From the NCBI RefSeq assembly GCF_018350175.1, contig NC_058370.1:134292001-134356000 (forward strand): a DNA stretch of 64,000 nt. Direction: 5' to 3'. This DNA is from Felis catus. Taxonomy: Eukaryota. Positions within the stretch are counted from its first letter, which is position 1. Every line of letters begins with the position of its first letter. Positions 47,046 to 57,472 of this stretch are shown one piece after another. Made by a program: the position numbers and the translations under genes. The notes under the pieces were generated by a model that made no database searches, had not been told where the DNA came from, and was given only the letters and a program-made list of their open reading frames with translations.

Positions 47046-49254
47046 ATAAGACACAGCAGTTTGGGACAGCAGATTTGGCTTCTTTAAGGGAGCTGTCTCG
47101 GGGAGAGTTTTACAACCTACTGTACTGCTAAAGAGACAACTAAATTCCTGTTTACATATAAACCTAAACGCTCTTATTCTAACTGTGCCACCACCTTAAA
47201 AGACATATATTTATGCTTTCGGTTTTAACTGTTCATATGTTTAAAAGTGGCACGCACTTCCAGAGTGATTATGCTAATGTACATAAGGAGTTTAACAATC
47301 GCACTGACTGCACTAACCATCTATTTGAACTACATTGTGCAAATAAGATGTTATCTTAAATAAGCTCCTAATATAACCCAGTAATCACTGTAATGCTTTT
47401 TGGTGAAATTGTGGTGTTATTACTGAATTTAGCCACGAGTCTCAAATACCAAACCTTTGAGGAAACACCAGCAGTGCCCGGCTGCTGCGTTCCTGGCCCC
47501 AGAGGAGTCGGATGTGTCTGTCCTCGTAGGCGGGGGAGAGCCGGGGTCGGCTGGTGTGTGCACGGTCCCGGGACCCGACCCCCACAGCAGCAGGTGACCC
47601 CGTGCGAAGGATCGCACCTGCCAGAGGTAGAGCCGCCTTTCTCAGAAGCCTCACCAAAGAGAGGAAAAGGAACTATAAATATCGCGCCGCGTACCCATTC
47701 CTGTGACGGCAGAGGCAAGAGTGGGGCTCCGCCTGACTCACCTAGTGGAATGCAGACCAGAAGGGACTTCCGCCGGCTCCCTGCCCTCTCTGCAGGGCAG
47801 ACCCCACCTGCCTGGCCTCCTGATGCTCACAAGGAGGGTGAGAGGGGGCCGTGGGACCTTTTGGGGCAGGTGGATTTCTCTGACTGGCTCCAGGCTGAAG
47901 GGAACGCTCAAGTCTTGAAACCAGCAGTTCGTCCTCCCATCTCATTAATGAAACGGGGAAATAGAACCTCAAGGTACAAACGGAGGATTTAAAAATACAA
48001 CGACCTTCCTTCCTTCCTTTTTAAAATTTCAATGTGGGAAGCATTTAGGTTCAAAGAAGGAAATGGGAACCGAGCCAGCAGAACGCAAGGGATCACATCA
48101 AACGCCCTTCCGGGAGAACTTCGGAAGCCTTGGTTAGCCAAGGAGTCTGAAGGCAAGTTCAGTGCCTGGTGGGGACATTTCAGGGCGGCTCTCGTGCCGT
48201 GCAGGTCCCTGAACTTTCCACAGGGGGAACAAAGCTTTGTCTGTGTGCCGTGGAGACAGTGCTGATCTGGTCAGCAGACCTGGGTGAAGAGTCCCCGTGG
48301 CAGGTCACTTAACCTCTCCGGGTCTGAGTATTCAGGGAGGCAACGTGCTGTCCCAGGGACGCGTGTTGGCCGCCTGTTAAACGATGGGCGCCGTGAGGCA
48401 CTTCGCACACCTAAGGCGGTCTTGGAATATTTGCGGGAGCTAGAGCGGAGAAGACCTTGCCTATGTGACCTGCTTGTCAGGACACACGGAGGAAGCTAAC
48501 ATGATATGTAGAGGCTCACAACGACTCTGCATAATGTTCACTTACGTAAGGAGTTGTTAGAAACGATCCCACGGTCAAGTGCCTGATGAACTTCCTTTGC
48601 ACCTGGAGAAAGTAATCCCGGGAGTGGCTATGGCACTTGCCCCCAGTCGGTCAGTCAGGATGCAGAGAGGCTTACGAGTGGGGTCTCCCTGTCCGGAAGG
48701 CAACGTCCTTTCTTCCTTGCCCTACCAGCTTGAGGAGTGGCACACGTTTGCCTTCTCTTTTCTGATTTTATGGGTGAGCCGCTGGGAGTCCAGAGGTGGA
48801 ATGTTTACATCATGAACAAAAATGGCGCCAGGATCTGGAACCTTGGGGCTTCTCTCTCTTTCTTCTGGAATGCAGGGTGGCCTCACGTGCACCCGTCCGT
48901 GGCGAGTGCCACACTCAGGAGGACACTCCTGCAGAGGACAGTGAAAGCCGGCTGGCTGGCCGGACCTATTGAGTGGCGTGTCTGTCTGCGTCAGGGGTGC
49001 CTCTGTGGTCTAGAACCCTCTAGAAGAACTGCGATCTGTTTTCCTTCACAAACTCATAGACATTCAAAGAGGCTGGCGGAGTTTGGTGTGGAGGCGGTCT
49101 TAGGCAGAGGACTTATACCTGTGATTTGAATTAAATTATGGCTGTAAAATGAAACTTCCGAGGCAGGTACAGTGTGTGTCCTCAGGTAGCTTCCGTGTGG
49201 CGGGGCCGTTTCTGTTTGCTCCTTGTCCTCGTCCCAAGGTGCTTACTGGTGCAG

Positions 49255-49400
49255 ACTTGGCGACTTAGGGATTTAGTATTAACTTCCCCATTTTACAGAT
49301 GAGGATATTGAGGCTTGGCGAGCTTTAAGCACGTGACTTGCCAGAGACTGGAGCTGGGCAGGGAGTCTGACCCATGAGCCTTTTGTCTTCCAACCCAAAG
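49255..49400 (-). mobile_element. MIR fragment
   Basis: CCCCATTTTACAGATGAGGATATTGAGGCTTGG. Confidence 0.78.
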
Positions 49401-49609
49401 CTCTTCTGCAAACGAGTGGGAACTTTCTTCAGGCTACAGTTCAATTTACAGGGCCGTGGAGAGGAGAGAGAGCACGTCTAAAACGGTGGTGGGAGGGGCA
49501 GAGGCTGCAGGCTCAGGGCGAGCCCTGGACTCCGGCCTCTAACACCAATTTGCTGTGAGATCTAGGAAAGGCCTGGGCTTGCTCGTCTGTAAAATAACAG
49601 TTGGGGTGA

Positions 49610-49997
49610 TATTATGGTCTGATTTGTGTACCCCACGGTCATATGCTGAGGTCCTCACTCCCAGTACCTCAGAATGTGACTGTATTTGGAGAGTGAGTTT
49701 TTAAAGAGAAGATGAAGCTAAAACGAGGTCCTCTGAATGGGCCCTTATCCGGTAGGACCGGTGACCACGTCAGAAGAGGCGATGGGGACACAGGCACACA
49801 CAGAGGGCCGACCCTGTGAGGACACCGTGAGAACGTGGCCATCTGCAAGCCACGAAGAGAGGCCTTGGGAGAAACCATCCCTCCCCACACGTCGATCGTG
49901 GACTTCCAGCCCCCAGACCTGTGAGAGCTGGACCCCTGTGGTTGAAAGGGCCCAGGGTGTGGTGCTGAGCTGCGGCGGCTCTGGCTGGCTAGCCAGA
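49610..49997 (+). mobile_element. MLT1B-like solo LTR
   Basis: TCCCAGTACCTCAGAATGTGACTGTATTTGGAGA...GTGGCCATCTGCAAGCCA...GGACTTCCAGCCCCCAGACCTGTGAGA. Confidence 0.85.
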
Positions 49998-51675
49998 CGA
50001 GAGGACGCCGTACGTACAGATGGAAACGGCCGTGTAGGGAAACCTCGTTCCCGGCTGCGGGTTACGGCGGAGCCTCGCACGATCCGTGGTTGCGGTTAGC
50101 TGGGCGCTGAGCAAACGAGACTGAGGTCTTGAGCTGACGCGTGTGTGTTCAGGGGACACCCCCCGCGCCCTCCCTCCTCACCGCCAGCACGCTGCCCTCC
50201 GGCTTCGTCTTAGCCAGTTTTGTCCAGGTAGGAGACACAGAAAGCACAGCGACCCAGTAAGTGGTGTCGAAGGAGCAGGGAGAAAGGTCGGAAACGGTCT
50301 TCCACGGCCAAGGCCGGCCGGCCTCGGTGGAATGAGTGGCCCTCCCGGTCCCATCGGTGGGGCCGGAGCACACGCGGCATCACCTGTCCGGGCCCCGCAC
50401 CCCGCACCCCGCAGGTGGGACCCTCGGGCCGGGGGAAGCGTGGGGTGCCCAGGCGGGGCTGCTCCTGGACCACCCATCCCTTGAGCGCCTCTCGCGATTT
50501 TTACCCCAGATCGTACTCCGTGTGGGGAGCAGAAAAGGAATAAAACTTCTCTTCAGTTTCAAAAATGCCTGAAGTGGAGACAACAACCCGGGGGAGCCCC
50601 AGAAGTCTCCTCTGAAAGCAATTGCTTGTTTGTAAGGCTCATTCTTGGCTGTCTGCAGCGTTTTTAGAAACAGTTAGACGTTATCATCCGCCCATTGTGA
50701 GAGAATGACAGCCAAGGTCAGAGAAAAACACACGCTTATCTCGACTCATCTGAAAATGACCCTCATCACCGGCATTGTCTGTGTCCCGCAGAAGCCCGGG
50801 CGCCAGTCTCACGGGGCTCTCTCCAGGTGCGCCCAGGTGAGGGCCGCAGAGGCGGGGGCCGGGCAGGATGCGCTCTGCTGCCTCCCTCGGAAGGTGCCGG
50901 GTGACTCTGTGGCTGCCGAATGCCTCCCAGACCAGCCTGGCCTCAGCCCGGACTTTCTAAAGAACGGGCTTCGTGACCGGTGTCAGAAGGAAGCAAGACC
51001 AGTGGAATCGGACGAAGGCAGCTGCCGACCATGACCTGGGTTCAACTAGGTTCTGCAAACTGTAGCCTCCGATAATTGGGAGCCCACTGTGCATGCTTGT
51101 CTGCGGGGCCTACACTGCTCTGAAGGGCTTGTCATATTGCAGAGAGGACGTGGAGGGGCACAGGGGTTTGGGGACCCACGTGCCCAGAGTCACACAGCCA
51201 GAGAATGGGCAGAGCTGGAATTCACCTGTTTGTGGCAAAGCTGAACCCCTTCATTCGACCCAATGCCCGGGACCTGGGGGGCTTGGTCCCTGACTTGGGA
51301 CCGTCACAGCGGAGCATCAGGGTTCATCCAGAGAGCCACAGGCGTGGGGCTGGCGGGAGGTAGAACAGGGAGCACAGGTCTTTGAACAATGAAGTGCATG
51401 TCTAATTAAACAAGTCGTACTCATTGCTGCAAATTTTAAAATGCAAAAAGAGTAAAGAGAAGAGAAGAAAAAGAAATTGCTTGTATTTCCCCAACCAGAA
51501 GTTTGCTACTTTATGCTTTGGTACATCTTGTTCTAGTCTGGTTTCTCCTACACAGTAATTTTATTACCTGGTTGCAATTGTCTCCTGGCTGTAGGCCTTG
51601 GTAGACAGGATCCAAATTTCTCTCATTTTCCACTTTGTTCCTCTGACTTTTTAGTGCTCAACAACAAGTGGTTTT

Positions 51676-51875
51676 ATTTTTATTTATTTTTTTAAGTTTA
51701 TTTATTTTGGGGGGGGGGGTAGGGGCAGAGAGAGAAGGAGAGAGAGAATCCCAAGCAGGCTCCCTGCTGTCAGTGTAGAGCATGATGCAAGGCTCGAACT
51801 CAAAAACCTAGAGATCATGACCTGAGCCAAAATCAAGAGTTGGACGCTTAACTGACTGAGCCACCCAGGTGCCCC
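51676..51875 (-). mobile_element. Can-SINE (older SINEC type)
   Basis: GAGAATCCCAAGCAGGCTCCCTGCTGTCAG...AAATCAAGAGTTGGACGCTTAAC...CCAGGTGCCCC. Confidence 0.93.
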
Positions 51876-51887
51876 TCAACAAGTGGG

Positions 51888-52110
51888 TTTTTTTTTTAAT
51901 TTTTTTAAATGTTTTTATTTATTTTTGAGACAGAGAGAGAGCATGAGCAGGGGAGGGGCAAAGAGAGAGACTGAGACACAGAATCTGAAGCAGGCTCCAG
52001 GCTCTGAGCTGTAGGCACAGAGCCCGATGTGGGGCTTGAACCCACAAACCGCGAGATCATGACCTGAGCTGAAGTCGCACGCTTAACCGACTGAGCCACC
52101 CAGGTGCCCC
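51888..52110 (-). mobile_element. Can-SINE (SINEC_Fc type)
   Basis: GACACAGAATCTGAAGCAGGCTCCAGGCTCTGAGCTG...GAAGTCGCACGCTTAACCGACTGAGCCACCCAGGTGCCCC. Confidence 0.94.
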
Positions 52111-52614
52111 TACAAGTGGTTTTAAAAACAGTTGTAGAAAAAGACTGTATATCCAGTTTTGTAGACTCTTGCTCTCATTTAAAATTAAATGTGTTTTCCT
52201 ACATTTTCACTGTCTTTTCCCAACTAGCATCTTTTAAATAAATGCATATAAAACATAATTTACTGTACATCACTGTTTCCCTACTGTTGGACATGTAGGT
52301 GTTTTCCAGTTTTTCAGAATACAGTGTATTCTTAATAAATAACAAAGCAATGAACATCTTTGTACATAAAGCTTTATTTCCATATTCTGGGGTATTTCAT
52401 TTGGATGGATTCCCAGAAGGTACTTAACGGACCAAAGCATACGAGCGTATCTTTTTCAGAGCCTTTGATACAGATGGCCACTAACAATTTTTCAGAGCAC
52501 TGTGTCCGCGTGGGCTCCCAGCAGTAGGGCAAGAGGCTCAGGCAGACAGCCTGGGAGGTCTGAGGTCTACACAGCTTCTGCAGGGCCGCTTACCCCGCGG
52601 GAGGGGAAATGCAG

Positions 52615-52740
52615 GGGCAGGGGGGTTGAGTCCTGGCTTTGCTACTTACTTGCAGGGGACTGTGGTCAATCACTTAACCTCTCTTGGCCTCAGTTTCCCC
52701 ATTTGTAAAGTGGACATGATAGTGTGCAGCACCCGGGGCT
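52615..52740 (+). mobile_element. MIR fragment
   Basis: TCACTTAACCTCTCTTGGCCTCAGTTTCCCCATTTGTAAAGTGG. Confidence 0.8.
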
Positions 52741-53779
52741 CAGGTGTAATACTTGGGGCTTAGGAGGTTAGTCCTAAGAATGCTGTATTTTCCTGTCCAC
52801 CTCCTCCGCCTGGGTGGAATCTGAGCCCCAGCTTCTCGTGTGTTCCAGTTCTATGACTCAGTTTGCGGTTTGCTCCCTGGCCTGAGTACACAGCCTCACC
52901 GTTCTGTTACTCGTGGCTTCCAACGCTCTGTTTGCCAAAGGATCACGTCCAGAAGCACTCGGAAGTGAGCAGTGTAACTTCTTTTTTCTGGTTAGATATA
53001 TCAACATCAGAACTATCCCCAGAAGTCTCTTCCCAAAGCTGCAGAGGCAAAGGAAGAACTCGAAGAAACACACGCTGAATTGCGGCCCCCGGTTGGTGAG
53101 GGACAGGTCATGGGAAGGGACGAGGCCAGCAGAGGGTCACAGCACAAAGGGAATGTACACCTGGGGAACGAGTTCGTTTCCCACCCTCATCCCTCTTCAG
53201 CTTCCCTTCTTTCCTGTGTGCTCCTTTATGCAGTGTGCACTTGTGGTGGGGACGTGAGGACTCAAAGGCTCAGCCCTGGCTCTTAGGGGCTCTGGCTCTG
53301 AAGGCTGCCACTTGGCAGGCAGGTGGGCTCTGGGGGACGGGGCGGGCGCTGGGCACTGGGGCTGGGTGCCTCAGGGGACAGAGATGCCGCCTGGTCCAAG
53401 GCAGGGCGGGGCGGGGCGGGGGGGCAGCCAGGACTCCCGGGGCCCAGGAAAACCCCTCTCCCAGATCCAAAGGGGGTGGCAAATTCTCCTGCTGCAGTTG
53501 TGCTGAGAACGTGCGGCACCCTCCGTATCCGGAAGGAAGCTGCTTCGCTGCTCGAACACGTCTTCCCATCTCGGCGGACTCCCGTGCCGGGAGCGGGGCT
53601 TTCTCAAGTCTGAGCGCGCGCTGACCATCAGGGGGAAAAGGGCTTCCCCTTTTGGGTCTGCGCTATCGAGGATGGGGAACCAACTAGGTGTTTCTTTCTC
53701 CTGTCCTTCTGGGATTACACTTGGCCGTCTGTAAAAACGCACAGGTGCTGTGGCTTGCCCCATCGTTAAAGGAAAATGT

Positions 53780-54000
53780 CAATAAATGCATGTATGGAGG
53801 CCACTCCATGTGCCAGGCCCTGGGCTTGCACGCTGAAACCCTGTGCTCTAAAGAAGCCCGCGGGTTAGGGACCACACGTCGCCGTTTTACAGGTGAGGAT
53901 CCGAAGCTGAGAGATGCCAAGTGGCTTGCTCCAGATCACACAGCTGGTAAAAGGCAGACAGCAGGCCATCGATGCTGGGATGCACGGTCCTAACCACTCC
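53780..54000 (-). mobile_element. MIR
   Basis: CCGTTTTACAGGTGAGGA...AAGTGGCTTGCTCCAGATCACACAGCTGGTAA. Confidence 0.75.
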
Positions 54001-55199
54001 TCTGTGCACCTGCGGCGGAAGAAAGGGCACGGCAGCGTGTATGGTATGCATGGCTTTCAGGGAGTTCTGCATTAGGGAGCTGGAGTTGTCGGGCCCCGGT
54101 CTGGAAGCCTCCAAATAACGTTCATCTGGGCCAGGCCCTGGAAGCAGGTCTGGGTCAGAGGCACAGGCCGACGACTTCCGAACGTCTGAAGGAAGATCGA
54201 TACAGAAAGGGATTAAAATGGTGATTGGTGGGCTAAGATGTGGAACGGAGGTTAGAGGGTGGAAAACAGCTCACAGAGAAATTTAGCCCAATAGAAATGA
54301 GGGGCCCTATTAATAATGAGATCAATGGTAAATGTGGAGTAAAGCCGAGAAATGTGCTCGGGCCAGCTCGCGTTCTAACGGCATCAGGCATCCGTGGGAG
54401 CCTGGGGCTGCCTTAATTCTTCCGAGTCTCCCTTTATCTTCAGTTGGAGAGGGTAAGGCAACATGTAACTCACAAGGTACTTGTACAGATTAAGGACAAA
54501 ATATACTTGGAGGCACCTAGGCTCATTGGCACACACTAGGGGCTCAGTGAGTTGCATTTCCTTTCCAACAGTGAGAACTAAAAATGGAATAATCTGCCTC
54601 CGTGGGTGGGAAACACCCCAGTGGGGCCTCAGATAGCCTCGTGGTGGGCTAAGGCATGAGAAGGATACTGTGATACGGCCCCTCCCCCCAGCGCGATGGC
54701 ACAAGGACAGTGCAGGGGAGGCTCCCTGCCCAAGGGCTGGGGGATCGCTCTGGGCTCTCGCGGGCAGCAGGGGGGCTTATGCAGCCCTCTTGTCGTCTGC
54801 CTCCTGCCTGATAAGGACGTTCACTGTGTTGAGGACTCGGCTTGAAATCCGCCACACTAAACGGAGGGATGGTGGGCGCGGTGGTTGGAGTGGGGCATGT
54901 TTCCTGTGGTTAGGATCCTGGTCAGGGGAGGGGCAGACGTGGGGGACCTTCCCTGACCTTCCATCACAGCCGATAGCAAAGCATGCGAACCAGGTCCTGC
55001 CCTGATGCCAAAGCCCTGCTTTCTATTTGGGGAGGAAGATCTATTCCCATCAAAAGTCAATAGCAGTAGGGGACGACTTATGATTGAGCAGCATCATGTA
55101 AGAAGTCTGAGTGGTGAGGTTACTGGGGACGGGGGTGGGGGGTTCTGGGGGGGGTACAGGGATGGGGCCGCCAACACCCGCTGTGTGTGCTCCCCGCTT

Positions 55200-55760
55200 C
55201 TGTTGACGCCACAGGAGCCCAAGACAGCACGTCGGACAGGTTGGGAGCGCTGAAAACTTTGGCTTGACCGCGGCCACTGGAAGGGGTGACGGTCCTCCTG
55301 CTGTCACCTGCTGAGCACCAGCCACGCAGCACGAGCTGTGCTAGGGGCTTGACACACACACGCTCAGCCATTTCCCTGAGGAAATGGACACAAGACGAAG
55401 AAGCGGATGGCTCGGTGCAGCGGGCCAGCAAGGGGTTCTGGGACAGAAGCACAACTCCCCGTTCTCCAGCCCCCCCTCCGGCTGCCACGTGGTGGAGACT
55501 TCCTCACGTTTTCTGGTCTGGGGAGCAACCTCCCCGTGGGGGGGTCAGCCATTCCCTCTGTGGCTCAGCATTTGCCCTTCCCTGAGTGGCAGACTTGGAG
55601 CCATCGGCCAGAAGCTGGTCCCCAGTAAGTGCTAATCGTCTGGAGGACTGTCTCATTCCACCCCCCCCCCCCCCGCCGGCCCCGTGGTCATGGTCAGTCC
55701 ACAGTTTTCAGCGCTCCCAACCTGTCCAAGGCACTGTCTCGGGCTCCTGTGTGTCAACAG
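55200..55760. repeat. Long degenerate inverted repeat (arms about 55200-55322 and 55614-55760)
   Basis: 55234-55258 is the exact reverse complement of 55703-55727; hand alignment gives 67 of 81 identities over the outer arms. Confidence 0.92.
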
Positions 55761-56549
55761 CACGATCAGCTGTTTCCGTGCCCAGTGGGTTCCTTGCAGG
55801 AAGTGGGCAGTGGATGCCGAGGGAGTGACTTCTGCAGAAATCCTCCAGGTGGTTTGTGAATCTCGGAGGGCTCACAGGGCCCAGCGCCGGCCGCCTGCGC
55901 TCAGGGTTATCTCTCCTGGGTTCAGTTATGACGGCCAGTCGCTGTCGAGCCGAAGGTTCTACATAGTAAGCGTGGGTGTTGGCCAAGCGAGACTGTCCCT
56001 GATTCTTCAGGTCTTCCCATCTCTACAATGTCCTGTCTGCATCTCCTTTCATCTAAGGAGCAGGACGTGTTAATGTCTGCTGATAGGTTAGGTTAAGTAT
56101 GTGTGAGGTCCCTCCACCTTGTTGAACATTTATGGAGTGTCTGCTGCTTGACAGGGGCCATGGGGGAAAGGAAAAGCTCTGAAGAGCTTGCAAAACACTA
56201 AGAGAAAGAAAATTATTCATTATTCTGACATAAAGTAGAAGGCAGTTGAGTCCCTTACGAGGAATAAAGGTTAGGGACGTGGATCTCGGTTTCTTGGCAA
56301 TGGAGGCCACACAAAGAAGCTGGGGGGGGGGGGCATTTAAGCTGGATGCTGTGAGAATGGGAAAGGCTCTCCTGGAGGAAGGAACAGCATGAGCAAAGTG
56401 CAGAGGTGGACATGGGCCGGGGGTGTGGGGGACCCTTGGGCTGGTGCATTACGACAGTGTGGGGACAGCTCATGGGGGGCCTGGAAGCAAGACTGGGGTG
56501 TGGACTTCATTCTCTGAGCAAAGAGCAGGAACTGAAAGGTTTTGATGAC

Positions 56550-57320
56550 CGTTATGGGTTGCCTCACGCACCCCCAGAAGATATGTTGAAGTCCTAGCCC
56601 CTCAGTACCCCAGAATGTGACCCTGATTTGGAAATACGGTCTTTGTAGGTGTAATTAGTTACGATGAGGTCACGCGGAACCCGGGTGGGCCCCTGACCCA
56701 GTATGACTGGTGTCCTTATAAGAGGAAGAGAAGACACGGACATGAGGGGAGGTGGCCACATGACCATGGAGAAGGAGACTCCGGTGTTTCAGTTTCTGGC
56801 CAAGGAATGCCAAGCCAGTGTCTTAGCTCGCTCGGGCCGCTCTCTTGAAACACCATAAACTGTGTGGCTTGTCCACAACAGAGGTTGATTTCCCATGGTT
56901 CTGGGGCTGGAGGTCCAAGACCGGGGTGCCAGCGTGCTCAGGTGCCGGTGAGAGCCCTCTTCTGGCTGGCCCTGTCTCCTCGTGCATCCTTGCAGGGCAG
57001 AGAGAGTGAGCTAGCTGGCTAGCCTTGTCCCCTAAGGACACCGATCCTGTTCATGAGGGCGGTACCCCCCAAGGCCCTGCCTCCAAATATCATCACACTC
57101 GGGCTAGGGGTTCAATGTGTGGATTTGAGGGGGACGTCAGTGCTCAGTCCATAGCACTGGGGATGGATGGCCAACCCCCAGAAGCCTGAAGAGGCAAGGA
57201 AGGATCCTCTGCTGCACATTTCAGGGGGTCGTGGCACTGTTGACCTTCATTCTGGACTTCTTTCCCTCAGAACTGTGAAAGAATAAATTTGTGTTGTCTT
57301 ATGCTCCCAGTTGGCGGTAG
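56550..57320 (+). mobile_element. MLT1C-like LTR split by a nested LTR
   Basis: GTTATGGG...GATATGTTGAAGTCCTAGCCC...GCCAAGGAATGCCAAG up to 56818; resumes at 57157 with CCAGAAGCCTGAAGAGGCAAGGAAGGAT...AACTGTGAAAGAATAAATTT. Confidence 0.85.
56819..57156 (-). mobile_element. MLT1A-like LTR nested in MLT1C
   Basis: TGTCTTAGCTCGCTCGGGCCGC...GTTCTGGGGCTGGAGGTCCAAGA...CTCAGTCCATAGCA. Confidence 0.85.
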
Positions 57321-57413
57321 GGCGAGTCTGTTGGTGGCCTGTTTGGCCTTGCTGTCTTAGCCCAGGGCCCCCTGGGCATGGGTTGCTCCTCAGCTCACTC
57401 CTGACCTCCAGAG

Positions 57414-57414
<1 letters not shown>

Positions 57415-57450
<36 letters not shown>

Positions 57451-57472
57451 TGTGTGTGTGTGTATGTGTGTG
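57415..57472. repeat. (TG)n microsatellite, interrupted
   Basis: Directly visible. Confidence 0.95.

Larger units (their letters stand above)
51405..52480 (-). mobile_element. L1ME-like 3' fragment containing two tandem SINEs
   Basis: TTCCCTACTGTTGGACATGTAGGTGTTTTCCAGTTTTT...GCAATGAACATCTTTGTACATAAA. Confidence 0.68.
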
